Positions 1-10,147 are shown, counted from the first letter of the stretch. The stretch: DNA of 64,000 nucleotides from Gammaproteobacteria bacterium (GCA_963662545.2 CAXXLL010000003.1:1184001-1248000), one strand, 5' to 3'. The notes: generated by a model from the sequence alone, not told the origin. Program-made: numbers and translations.

Positions 1-2444
1 ATCCTGCAGATAGCGGCCAAGCACTGCCAGAGCAGGTACGTCGGGAGAATTTTCCGCCGGCCCCGGGTAGGCCTTTGCACAAAAATTGATCAGGGAACTC
101 GTCGACCATCCGTTCCTGACTTCGAACGGCACGATCTTGGGCAGGAAATCTCCGGACGTGCCGGCGCGCGTCGGCATCGTCGCTTCACACAGCGCCGTGG
201 CATCGGCAAGCGCCTGATCTTCGCCGATAAGGAGAATTCTTCTGGGCGCCGCCAGGAATTTCGCGCGCATCGATTCAAACAACGGAAACAGAGAGGTAAA
301 TTCGGCGTCGGTGACTTTAAGGTCCGCCAGATATTGCACGTAGCGAATCGCGCCGGGCCCGTCCCACAAATCGTCGAGTGCGGCACCGACACTCAGCGTT
401 CTCGCCGCCGCACAGATCGCGAGATGATGGCCGTGGTCGGTGATCGACTGCTCCGCTTCGGCCCTCGATTGCGCAATGAGTTCGCGCAATCGATCGTGTT
501 CATCAAAGCGCGCACCGTGCAATAGGTCCAAGGTTTCGTCGATGATGTCGTCGCGTTTGCGGGCAAGGCCCTTGCCTGCGATGATCAGCCACCCAAGCAT
601 GCTGTCTTTGTTGTCGATACGCGCCCGCGCAAGGGCGTGTGTCCCGTAACTTCCGGTCAGGGCGCGCCGCGACTGCACCGCCATGTAGTCTTCGTCCCCG
701 TGACCCAACTCTGTCAGGTATTCGCACAGCAGCGGCAGCGCTCTCAATTCGTCCGGCGATAAGTCCGGCAGGTCAAATGCGACCTGAATACGGAAAATGC
801 CATAGCGCACTCGTATTCGAATGTATCGAATCCCCGTGCCTGCGCTGTTTTCGCCACCGGTGCCGGCACGGGCGACGGTACGTCGCCAAGCGTAACCTTC
901 GGCAGGATCGCTGGATCGTCTTCTTGGGCCTGCCTCGACCGCAATTCCTCGGATTGCGCGACGACCCGTTCGACGTCCACGGCGTTCATACCACGCTTCA
1001 GGTCTTTGAGACGACGGCGTTCGGCGGTGGCGTCCGCCGCAGCTTTGTTTTCGTCGGGACACATCACCACGCGCACACGATGCATGTTGTCGATAAGATT
1101 TTTACGCACCAAACGCGAAACGAAATCCGGATCTTCGATGTTCTTGCGCAGGCGTTCGAGCGCCGGGGCGACATCGAGCAGGGGCTCGGGATCGCTGCGG
1201 TACAGGGCTGCAGGCAGTACCCTTCCCATGAGCTGCAAGCCAAAAGGATAACTCCCGCTGCCTATGTCGCGCTGCGCCAGTTCAAGTCGATCGACGACGG
1301 CCGTGAGCTCCGCCGCTCCCGAGCGCTTGGAGCCGACCTGATTCAGAATGTCGAAAAGGCCCGCTTCGAAAGCCTCAGCATGGACCGCCTCGCTGCCTTC
1401 CACGCCGCAGATAAATACCAGCTGGCAGGCCGAATCATCGACCCCGCAAAGTTCCGACGGCGCGTTCGCAAGCTCGGTTATCTCGAGATAGTGCCGCAGT
1501 GGCGACGCACTGTGCTCGAGCAGCAGTGACGAAAGAAATTGGGCGTTGACGAAATCCTCGACGTCGGCGGTATCGCCGATCACCCAGGCCCACACGATAT
1601 GCGTATTACGTGGTTCGAGTTCGTCAACGTCATACGTCACAACCAACTCCCGCGGTGCATCAAACGGTGCCTGCGGCGCGCTCACGATGACCTCCTCAGT
1701 CACTTCGAATCGATCGAGTACGAGTTCCGTGAACCGCTGCTGGTGTTCGGCTTCAGGGAAACTTCCGTAAGTCATAAACACCGCGTTGCCCGGATGGTAA
1801 TGCTTCTTGTGGAATGCCCGCAGTTCATCGTAGCTAAGATTCGGTATCGCCATCGGATCGCCACCGCTATTGTGCCGATAAACGACGTCAGGAAACAAAG
1901 TGCAGTGCGTGTGTTGCCAGAGCTGCGCCACGGGTGAACTCATCGCGCCCTTCATCTCGTTGTAGACCACACCGTGGTATTCGAGCCGCGGCTCGTCGTC
2001 ATCCGGGCTGTCGCTGAGTTCCAGCCGCCATCCCTCCTGAGCGAAATCCAAGGGATCGAGTCGCGGGAAAAACACCGCGTCGAGATAGACCGACAACAGA
2101 TTGTCGAAATCCTTGCGATTCTGGGTAGCGAACGGGTAAGCGGTACTGTCGCCGCTAGTGAAGGCATTCATGAAGGTATTCAGCGAACGACGGAGCATCA
2201 TGAAGAAGGGGTCTCTTACCGGATAACGTTCGCTGCCGCACAAGGTCGTATGCTCGAGAATGTGCGCTACGCCCGTTGAATCCTGGGGCAAGGTTGGGAA
2301 CGCCACCATAAAGGCATTATGTGAATCGGCGCTGTCGAGATGATAATGCCGGGCGCCCGTACCCTGATGCTGGTAACGACGAAGCTCGAGACCCAGCGAA
2401 GCTACGCTTGTCGAAGACAATAATTCGAAACCGGTGTTAGCCAT
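1..2444 (-). pseudogene. Insulinase/M16C family presequence protease (PreP/Cym1-like), frameshifted near 805; runs off the left edge
   Basis: HILEH zinc motif and RYPVRDPFF, LNTFMNAFT, GVVYNEMKG motifs. ORF 744-2444 loses similarity after EYECA; a second frame (YGIFRIQVAFDLPDL...RFDEHDRLRELI...) is open from ~805 to position 1. Confidence 0.85.
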
Positions 2445-2501
2445 TAATCTTGTTTTCCTGGGTTTTTGCCGGCACGATATTTTCGCGCGAATGCCAGCTT
2501 G

Positions 2502-2663
2502 GGAATCTCTGGATAAGTTATGGTGCGCGTGAATGGTGCATGAAATCGTGCAGATCTAGGCACGAATCGCAGGCCATAGCGGGGACTATGGGCAAGATTC
2601 GTAACGTAAGGCTCCGCGATTTCAGGCGCAATGCCGGTGTGCCATAACTTATTCAGAGGTTCC
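2502..2663. mobile_element. MITE family 1, copy A (162 bp, opposite orientation to copies B-E)
   Basis: TIRs GGAATCTCTGGATAAGTTATGG / CCATAACTTATTCAGAGGTTCC; flanks CTTG / CTAG; alignable to four other full copies. Confidence 0.9.
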
Positions 2664-2778
2664 CTAGAGTACGGCCAGGATATGATTTTAGCGGAGGAAC
2701 ACCCACACTACGACAGGCCATGAGATACGGAACATCGATCGAAATCGAACCGTACACGAAACTGAGGAGGAATCGTTA

Positions 2779-3261
2779 ATGCCATCTTTCGATGTCGTAT
2801 CCGAAGTCGATAAACACGAACTGACCAACGCGATAGACCAGACGAATCGTGAGGTTACCAATCGGTTCGATTTTAAAGGGACGAACGCACGGGTAGAACG
2901 CAACGACAACGTGTTAACTATCATTGCCGTCGCCGAGTTCCAGATTAAGCAAATCGTCGATATCCTGCAGGTCAAAATGACCAAGCGCGGAATCGACATC
3001 GATTGCCTTGATTTTCAGGAGGTCACCGAATCCAATAATGAGACACGTCAAAACGTAAACGTGCGGGAGGGCATAGAAAAGGACATCGCCAGAAAAATGA
3101 TAAAACTGATCAAGGACAGCAAAATCAAGGTTCAGGCTCAAATTCAACAAATTCAGCTTCGGGTATCAGGCAAGAAGCGAGACGATCTGCAAAACGTCAT
3201 CGCCGAATTAAAGGCCGCAAAATTAGGATTGCCGCTGCAGTACGTCAATTTTCGGGATTGA
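2779..3261 (+). CDS. yajQ: YajQ family nucleotide/c-di-GMP-binding protein
   Basis: MPSFDVVSEVD start, RFDFKG, RVSGKKRDDLQ, QYVNFRD end; GAGGAG RBS. Confidence 0.95.
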   Translation: MPSFDVVSEVDKHELTNAIDQTNREVTNRFDFKGTNARVERNDNVLTIIAVAEFQIKQIVDILQVKMTKRGIDIDCLDFQEVTESNNETRQNVNVREGIEKDIARKMIKLIKDSKIKVQAQIQQIQLRVSGKKRDDLQNVIAELKAAKLGLPLQYVNFRD

Positions 3262-3308
3262 AAGCGACCGCCGCCCATGCGAAAAGGGGTAGAGAACGCG
3301 AATAAACC

Positions 3309-3497
3309 ATGGCCATTCAGACCGAAGAATTCCTGGATTGCCCGTACTGCGGAGAACGCGTCAGCATCCTAGTTGACCATTCCGTCCCTTCACAAACCAC
3401 CATCGAAGACTGTGAAGTCTGCTGCCAGCCAATCGATATCATATGCGCCGTCGACGGCGGACGGGCCTGCTTGTCGGTGTCACGCGCTGATGATTGA
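3309..3497 (+). CDS. CPXCG-motif cysteine-rich protein
   Basis: CPYCGE...EDCEVCCQPI pattern, 62 aa. Confidence 0.85.
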   Translation: MAIQTEEFLDCPYCGERVSILVDHSVPSQTTIEDCEVCCQPIDIICAVDGGRACLSVSRADD

Positions 3498-3543
3498 ATT
3501 GTTTCCCCCTGGTCGAGGCGTGTGCCCTAGCCAGGATAGTTAA

Positions 3544-3705
3544 GCAACCTCTGAATAAGTCATGGCACCTCTGCCCTGCCCATGAAATCGCGGAGCCTTA
3601 CGTTACGAACCTTAGCCCTAATCCCCGCTATGGCCGACGAATCGTGCCTTGACCTGCACCATTACATGAACCATTCAGACGCACCATGACTTATTCAGAG
3701 GTTCC
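3544..3705. mobile_element. MITE family 1, copy B (162 bp)
   Basis: GCAACCTCTGAATAAGTCATGG ... CCATGACTTATTCAGAGGTTCC; flanks TTAA / CTAA. Confidence 0.9.
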
Positions 3706-3714
3706 CTAAGGCGC

Positions 3715-4056
3715 GTGTCGGGCGGAATGTGGCTTTTGATCGGATCCGGCGCCGCCATTGCTGCCTGGATTTGGATAAGCCGGGCGCGCGAACGGGTGGA
3801 TTTGATCAGCCGCGAAGTGTGTTCGGATTTACATCTGCAGCGCCTCGACGAATCGGTCGCTTTACGTCGAGTTTCTCTGCAAAGGGCCGAACACGGCATC
3901 CAGGTGCGGCGAGTATTTAGTTTCGAATTCAGCACCGACGGCGCGGACCGGCGCCGCGGCGACGTGTGCCTGTTGGGAATGGCAGCGATCCCGGCCTGGG
4001 TACGAATCGATCACCCGGACGGCATGATCTTTATCGATCTCGAAAATCCCAGATGA
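3715..4056 (+). CDS. DUF3301 family membrane-anchored protein
   Basis: N-terminal TM segment, then C...LQRLDESVAL, FEFSTDG.DRRRG motifs. Confidence 0.8.
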   Translation: MSGGMWLLIGSGAAIAAWIWISRARERVDLISREVCSDLHLQRLDESVALRRVSLQRAEHGIQVRRVFSFEFSTDGADRRRGDVCLLGMAAIPAWVRIDHPDGMIFIDLENPR

Positions 4057-4068
4057 ACAGATATTTAG

Positions 4069-4140
4069 AGAACTTCTGAATAAGTCATGGCGCCTTTGCG
4101 ACAAAGGTATTGGTATTAATGCATGGACACCATTGACTTC
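4069..4140. repeat. Degenerate family-1 MITE remnant
   Basis: TTAG|AGAACTTCTGAATAAGTCATGG matches the TIR; a decayed partner CACCATTGACTT lies ~60 bp downstream. Confidence 0.65.
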
Positions 4141-4145
4141 GAGCT

Positions 4146-6839
4146 TTACTGATCCTCGTCCCGCTGCCTTAGTTTGGCCGCCAGCTCGTTGACCAGATCG
4201 TGGTCATGCGCTTTCGCCGCATCTCGGGCCGCATGCGCGCGCTTCCTAATGCGCTCGATATGCGCCTTTTGATTGGCCAGGATCCCGCGTTGAGCGTCGC
4301 TGTTTTCGATCTCGCTCTGTTCCTTTAACCAATCGTCCAGTTCGCCTCGAAGATCTTCACGAACTTGCTGCTGACGGACCTTGTGAACCGCGAGATCCCC
4401 GATGGATGCAACGGACGCGGCCTGCGCGTCTGCACGGGTGCGTTCCACCTTAGCAACGTGATCCGCCGCCTGGCGAGCCTGATCCTCGAGCGCGTTGAGA
4501 TCCGTATCAACTTTGGTTGAATCCCCTATCTGCGAGGCTTTCAATACCTCGATTTCCTGCTCAATCTGCTTTTGCGCATCGAGCGCAACGTGGTTCTCTC
4601 GCTGCGCGAGTTCGAGCGCGAGGCGTAAGCGTTTGGATTCCGCCTGTAAGCGTTCCCGCTCGACCCGCATATCCGTTTCTTCCTGCAAACGTTTTCGCGC
4701 ATGCGCATCCTTGAATTCGGCGACGATTTTCTGCGCCTCATCGGCGGCCGCAACGCGCGCGGCTTCCGCAGCGTCGCGCTCATGGCGCGCGCGCTCGAGT
4801 TCGGTTGCGTTACGCGTCAGTTCTTCTTCGAGCTTTTGCCGTTCGAATCGCACGTTCTGCTTCAATTCTTTTTGCAATCTGCGTTCGAGCGCGAGCTGCT
4901 GCTCTTCACGCATCTCAGCCTCGCGGGCACTCGCCAACTCAACTTCCTGCAGCCGCTCCTGATAATCGCGCGCCTGCGCGAGGCGCACACGTGATTCCTC
5001 GGCCTGCGTTTCGACGCGCATTTGTTCTTCCCGCAAACGGACTTCAGCCTCCGCCTTCTGGATTTTGAGCCGCTCGAGTTCTTCGGCCTGCCAGGCGTAG
5101 CTCTCCTTGAGTTTGCGCTCTTCGTCCTTGAGCCTTCTTTCCATTTCGGCCTGTACGCGCGCGACCTTTTCGCGCTGCGCTTCACGTTCCCTGCGAACCG
5201 ACTCTTCGGCCCGCGCCTTCTCCTGCACGATTTCAGCCTTCAACCGCTTTGCCTCCTGCAGTTCCCGTCGCGCTGTTTCGGCGTCGGCTTCGAGGCGTTT
5301 CTTCTCTTCCTGCAGCCTTTCGTCGGCCTTGCGCTCGGCCGCAATCCGCGCCGTTTCGATTTCTGCGGCAATCCGCTCGCGTTCAGCTTCGATCTGTTGC
5401 GCAGCCTTGGCTTCGGCTTCCGCACGAGCCTCATCGACGGCTGCACGCGCCGCTGCCGCACGCACCTTCTCTGCCTCGGCGAAATCAACCTCCCGGCGTT
5501 CTTTTTCTTCTGCTTTTCTGTTGGCTTCGATCTCGGTCTCTGCCGCCGCAGGCCTCCCCGTATCGTTCCCGTCGCTCCGGTCCGCGTCCGTGCGGGCGGT
5601 AGCGTCGGCGATCCGCACTTCATTGATACCCAGTTCGACCTCAAGCGCTGCCGCCTCGACGGATGCATCGCCCTTTCGTTCGGAATCGCTCAAATGTGAA
5701 GTCGGGATTGGCGCCGTGGTCGACCGGATTTCGCCTACGAAATCGGCATCGTCGTGGAGGGTCATATCGAGATCGTCGCTGCGGACGAGATCCGTGTATT
5801 GCGCCAGGCCGCCGTTCAGGCAATGGACGTCGAAACCGCGTTCGGCCAGCAGAAAAGCAGCGACGGCACTGCGTATTCCGTCGTTGCAATACACGATGTA
5901 AGAACGGTCTGACTCGAGCTTGCCGGAATGCATGCGCAGAGTATTCAGTGGATAATTGACACTCCTATCAAGGCCGTCGGCCTCGTGTTCTTCTGGAAAC
6001 CGAACGTCCAGCCACAACGCGTTCCGTACGGCCACGATGTTCCGGCCTTCCTCCAAGGTGACCCCGTTCAAGAGCGGTCTCTGGATGAGTTCGACGAAAC
6101 CCTCTTTCGGGAGTCTGACGAGCTGCCCGTCGGTCAGCATGCGCACTGAAGCATTTCGCGTCGAACCGGCGACCAGTGCTTCCTCACCGAAGGCGTCTCC
6201 GGGCCCGAACAAGGCGAGGCGATACCCAGGCGCGTTTGCTCCGGAGGAGCGGGTGACCTCGCAACGGCCCTGCGTAATGACATAGTAATAATCGCCCGGC
6301 TCGCCCTGATTGACGATGACTTCACCCTGCTTGGCCTCGACCGTCTCGAGCAGGCTGAAAATCCTGTGAATATTGGACGCGGGCAGATGCGAGAAGAGCT
6401 TTGATTGCAGCATTCGCGTCATCCAATCGCCGTCGTTTTCCGTGTCGATCTCGCTGACCTGGACGTCACAGTAATTGTCTGAGCGGTCCGCGGCGGCGAG
6501 TTTATCGAGCAGGTCCCGGTTCAGCCTCAAAACCGCCACCTCAGATTGCGCGCGTGCCGACATTTTGCGCGGCTGCAGTTGCGCCAGGGCATGTACCGCG
6601 TCAGGGGCACCGCCGATCAGGCGATGTATCGTTTCACCATCGCAAATGAGTTCGAGCTGTCCCTCGAGGAGATAGAAACAATAGGGGTCGCGCTCTCCCT
6701 GTTTAAATACGAACTCTTCCGGTTGATACCGCAAGATCTCCGCTCTAGTCAGTATCTGTGCCTTGCTCGGTGCCGAAAGTTCTCCCAGCGGCACCAGGCT
6801 GTGGACCAGGCCTTCAAAATTTGATTCCAGCGCCGACAT
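4146..6839 (-). CDS. Cyclic-nucleotide-binding protein: two cNMP domains + rhodanese + long coiled coil (paralogue 1)
   Basis: FKQGERD..FYLLEG; QGEPGDYYYVI..G; FGEEALV...RNASV phosphate-binding cassette; LDVR.PEE and YCNDGIRS rhodanese motifs; E/A/R/Q-rich C-terminal half. Confidence 0.9.
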   Translation of the reverse strand: MSALESNFEGLVHSLVPLGELSAPSKAQILTRAEILRYQPEEFVFKQGERDPYCFYLLEGQLELICDGETIHRLIGGAPDAVHALAQLQPRKMSARAQSEVAVLRLNRDLLDKLAAADRSDNYCDVQVSEIDTENDGDWMTRMLQSKLFSHLPASNIHRIFSLLETVEAKQGEVIVNQGEPGDYYYVITQGRCEVTRSSGANAPGYRLALFGPGDAFGEEALVAGSTRNASVRMLTDGQLVRLPKEGFVELIQRPLLNGVTLEEGRNIVAVRNALWLDVRFPEEHEADGLDRSVNYPLNTLRMHSGKLESDRSYIVYCNDGIRSAVAAFLLAERGFDVHCLNGGLAQYTDLVRSDDLDMTLHDDADFVGEIRSTTAPIPTSHLSDSERKGDASVEAAALEVELGINEVRIADATARTDADRSDGNDTGRPAAAETEIEANRKAEEKERREVDFAEAEKVRAAAARAAVDEARAEAEAKAAQQIEAERERIAAEIETARIAAERKADERLQEEKKRLEADAETARRELQEAKRLKAEIVQEKARAEESVRREREAQREKVARVQAEMERRLKDEERKLKESYAWQAEELERLKIQKAEAEVRLREEQMRVETQAEESRVRLAQARDYQERLQEVELASAREAEMREEQQLALERRLQKELKQNVRFERQKLEEELTRNATELERARHERDAAEAARVAAADEAQKIVAEFKDAHARKRLQEETDMRVERERLQAESKRLRLALELAQRENHVALDAQKQIEQEIEVLKASQIGDSTKVDTDLNALEDQARQAADHVAKVERTRADAQAASVASIGDLAVHKVRQQQVREDLRGELDDWLKEQSEIENSDAQRGILANQKAHIERIRKRAHAARDAAKAHDHDLVNELAAKLRQRDEDQ

Positions 6840-6969
6840 CGTTCCTCTACATGAGGGTTGGGCGAGTTCGCATTATGGACCTTATATAATCGGCCGAACT
6901 CGATTGAGCATTAATCAGCTGGAAATATTAGACCAAATAGACTCGAGATCATGATGCAATACGGTTAAC

Positions 6970-6985
6970 TGTGAATGGCATCACG
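6970..6985. promoter_or_regulatory. CRP/Vfr-type binding site 1
   Basis: TGTGA-ATGGCA-TCACG, 9/10 match to TGTGA-N6-TCACA. Confidence 0.65.
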
Positions 6986-7011
6986 AGGAAAACCGGCGAA
7001 AGCTTGAAAAG

Positions 7012-7027
7012 TGTGAAGCACTTCACC
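7012..7027. promoter_or_regulatory. CRP/Vfr-type binding site 2
   Basis: TGTGA-AGCACT-TCACC, 9/10 match; 42 bp from site 1. Confidence 0.65.
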
Positions 7028-7058
7028 CTCGTCGAGCCTTAAACAGGCGGAATTGCTA

Positions 7059-7218
7059 GAACCCATCTCAAAATTATTCGCGCCCACGCTGGTGGCCGTT
7101 GCCGTACGGTTCAAGGCGCGAGGAGCGTGGCAAAGCATAAGCTAAATGAGTGACGAGCAACGCCGAAATGCGCGAAAATCGCTCCCGGCGCACACGCGGA
7201 TAATTTTGAGATAGATTC
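7059..7218. mobile_element. MITE family 3, full copy (160 bp)
   Basis: TIRs GAACCCATCTCAAAATTATTCGCG / CGCGGATAATTTTGAGATAGATTC with TA on both flanks; related ends at 18214 and 48923. Confidence 0.8.
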
Positions 7219-7390
7219 TAGTTATTTGGCGTGATTCGACGGCACTCGATCCGGCTGCCCGCACGCTCTCGACGATGCCTCGACAGGTGCGTTGGGCGGT
7301 CACGAGCGCAGGCCGCCGCGCCGCGGGCGCGCATGATCCGAAACAGCGTAGAATAGCGCCGTGAGCGTGCCCCCAGGAACCTGAGTTATC

Positions 7391-7597
7391 GTGGCCTATA
7401 CGGAAGAAAAATCCATACAACGCCGTATCTTGGAGCTACAGACGGAACACCGGGATCTGGATAAAGTCGTCAAAAAACTTTCCGATTCATCCGACGTCGA
7501 TCAACTCATGCTTCGCCGTTTGAAGAAGCGCAAATTGCAACTCAAGGATCAGATCACGAGACTCAAAAGCAAGCTTATTCCTGACCTGGACGCTTGA
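7391..7597 (+). CDS. YdcH/DUF465 family small coiled-coil protein
   Basis: EHRDLD...RRLKKRKLQLKDQI...LIPDLDA signature. Confidence 0.9.
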   Translation: MAYTEEKSIQRRILELQTEHRDLDKVVKKLSDSSDVDQLMLRRLKKRKLQLKDQITRLKSKLIPDLDA

Positions 7598-7637
7598 ACC
7601 TGCTGATAAGAACCAAGTATCGATCTGCGACGCGAAA

Positions 7638-10097
7638 ATGTCGGAAGAAGAAACCCTAGAAGCCCGTGTGGGCTTTCTCGTACCACTCAACAAGCTGCCC
7701 CCAGAGCGGCAGTCCAAGCTGCTCGAACAATCTGAAGTACTGAAGCTCAAGAAAAAGCAGACCCTATTCAAGCAGGGCGACCGCGACGATTACACGTTCT
7801 ATGTACTCGAGGGAGACATGGAGATGTACGCCGACGACTCGCTGATCAAGGCTGTCAGCGGAGGGGACGGCGCGTCGTTTCAACCGCTGGCGCAACTTCA
7901 GCCGCGACAGATGACCGCGATAGCGAAAACCAAGGCCCAAGTGTTGCGCGTCAACCGGGCGTTGTTGGAGCAGCTGCTCAGCATGGACGTAACCCCGCCT
8001 GCCGACGAACCGGACTCCGGTGTGGAAGTCGAGGAGATGGAGGTCGAGGGTTCGGGTGACTGGCTCATGACGATGCTGCAATCGGAACTCTTTTCACGGA
8101 TTCCCGCGTCCAACATCCAGAACCTGCTGGACACGCTCGAGACGGTCGAGGCCAAGCAGGGTGAAGTCGTCGTCAAACAAGGCGAACCGGGCGACTACTA
8201 TTACGCGCTCCAGAGCGGGTCCTGTGAGGTTGTGCGGGCGGGTAGGAACAAGAAGGAAGTGCGTCTTGCCGAGCTGACCGCCGGCGATACCTTCGGGGAA
8301 GAAGCGCTCATTTCGGGCGGCAAGCGAAACGCGACCGTGCGCATGACATCCGATGGTAATCTCGCCAGGCTGACCAAGGACGACTTCACGAAACTGATCA
8401 AAGCACCGTTGCTGAGCACCGTCACCCGGGAGGAGGCCGACAAGCTCGCGGCCGACGGCGCACTGTGGCTCGACGTGCGGTTCGAGGACGAACACGATCA
8501 CAACGGCCTGCCTAAGAGCCTTAACATTCCCTTGAGCAGTTTGCGCACGCGCATGGACGAACTCATTATTGACCTGCGCTACATCGCATATTGTGACAGC
8601 GGCGGCCGCAGCTCCGCCGCGGCTTTTTTACTCGCGGAGAAAGGATACAACGTCGTCCACGTCGAAGGTGGAGCGGTCGACGAGCCGAAACCGGAAGCAC
8701 CGGCAGCGGTCCCTGATGCGGAAGCACCGGCCAAAAAGGCACCCGCCAAGAAGAAGGCGGCAGCGAAAAAGCCCGCAAAAGAAGCGTCGGCGCAGAAATC
8801 AGCCGCCGCAAAAACCCCGGCGGCGAAGCCAAGCCCGGAAAAAGTTGCGAGCGAAGCGGCGCTTGAGGCCGATGCCCGCGCCTCATCGCTGTCGGCGGAG
8901 GTAGAAAAAGCGGCGATCACGATCGAGCAGGCACGAACGCTGATGGCCGAAGCGGAAGCGATGAAAGCCGAAGTGGAAAAATTCGTTGCCGACCGGCTAG
9001 CGTCGGAGAAACAGAAGATCGAAGAGGAGGCGGAGGTGCTGCAGAACACCCTGGCAGCCGAAAAGCTCAAGATATTGCAAGAAGCTGAGGAACTCCAGCA
9101 AACGCTCGCGTCAGAAAAGGAAAAGATCGAAAAGGAAGCCGCGGCGGTCAAGCTGAAGATGGTCGAGGCCGAGCGGCTCAAGGACGAACTCGCCGAGCAA
9201 CTGAAATCGGCCGAGATCGAAGCTGAAAAACGCCATCAGGAAGTCGAAACGCAGCTAGAGGAGATGGAGAAAACCGCCGAGGAACGCTTCGCTGCCGAGG
9301 AGAAGCGTCTCGAGGCCCTGTATGCCAAACAGGCCGAACTACTCGAAACCACGCAGGCCGACCGCGAGGCTGAATTGCGCGCACAGCTTCAGGAAGAGCT
9401 GGCTCAGGAACGGCGGAATTTCGAAGCGGAATTCGCGCGCACAGCCGAAGAACTGGAAAAGGTGCGTGAAGAACGCGAGGCGGCCTTGGCGGCACAGAAG
9501 GCAGCCGCCGAGGAAGCCCGCAGCATGATTGAGGAATTCAAGGCGCAGCAGGAAGAATTGCTCGCGGAGCAGTACGCGGCAATCAAGACCGAGCGCGAGA
9601 AGCTGCAGTCCGAAGCGGCCCGTATCTCAAAACTACAGGAGGAAACAGCAAAGGCCCGATACGAGGCAGAGGCCGCCAAAGTGGCCACCGAGCGAGAACT
9701 CGAAAAAGCGCGGGCCGAACAGGCGGCCGAAACGAGCCCCGAAGTCGACACCACGATCATCGAGATCGAGGAACGCGCGGTGGCGGCTGATCTGGAACTG
9801 GAACAGGCGATCGAGGCCGAATCGGTGGTCGCCACAGCTGCCAAGGGAAATGAAGATGAACTCGAACGGACTTACGATACCGCCAATGAAATCAACATAT
9901 TGTTAAAAAAGGAATTGACCGACTGGGTGGACGATCAGGACCAGTTTCAGGAATCTACCCTCCAGCGCGAAGTCCTGTCGAGGCAAAAAGAAATGGTGGA
10001 GCGGATCAAGGCGCGAGCGGCAGCCGCGCAAGCCGAATCCATCAATCACGACAAATCCCTACTCGAGGAAATCGAGGCAAAGCTCAGCGGAGAGTGA
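7638..10097 (+). CDS. Cyclic-nucleotide-binding protein: two cNMP domains + rhodanese + PAKK linker + long coiled coil (paralogue 2)
   Basis: Same domain order as 4146-6839; FGEEALISGGKRNATV; YCDSGGRS; AKK repeats; acidic coiled coil. Confidence 0.9.
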   Translation: MSEEETLEARVGFLVPLNKLPPERQSKLLEQSEVLKLKKKQTLFKQGDRDDYTFYVLEGDMEMYADDSLIKAVSGGDGASFQPLAQLQPRQMTAIAKTKAQVLRVNRALLEQLLSMDVTPPADEPDSGVEVEEMEVEGSGDWLMTMLQSELFSRIPASNIQNLLDTLETVEAKQGEVVVKQGEPGDYYYALQSGSCEVVRAGRNKKEVRLAELTAGDTFGEEALISGGKRNATVRMTSDGNLARLTKDDFTKLIKAPLLSTVTREEADKLAADGALWLDVRFEDEHDHNGLPKSLNIPLSSLRTRMDELIIDLRYIAYCDSGGRSSAAAFLLAEKGYNVVHVEGGAVDEPKPEAPAAVPDAEAPAKKAPAKKKAAAKKPAKEASAQKSAAAKTPAAKPSPEKVASEAALEADARASSLSAEVEKAAITIEQARTLMAEAEAMKAEVEKFVADRLASEKQKIEEEAEVLQNTLAAEKLKILQEAEELQQTLASEKEKIEKEAAAVKLKMVEAERLKDELAEQLKSAEIEAEKRHQEVETQLEEMEKTAEERFAAEEKRLEALYAKQAELLETTQADREAELRAQLQEELAQERRNFEAEFARTAEELEKVREEREAALAAQKAAAEEARSMIEEFKAQQEELLAEQYAAIKTEREKLQSEAARISKLQEETAKARYEAEAAKVATERELEKARAEQAAETSPEVDTTIIEIEERAVAADLELEQAIEAESVVATAAKGNEDELERTYDTANEINILLKKELTDWVDDQDQFQESTLQREVLSRQKEMVERIKARAAAAQAESINHDKSLLEEIEAKLSGE

Positions 10098-10147
10098 AGA
10101 CTCTCCTCTTCGAGCAGCCGAAATTTTTAAGCTCGTTTAAATGCGGG

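Noticed and set aside
2502-3705. Repeats as a CRISPR array or REP/BIME cluster
   Set aside because: Copies are ~162 bp, dispersed, with TIRs and target-like flanks; no regular spacers and no cas genes.
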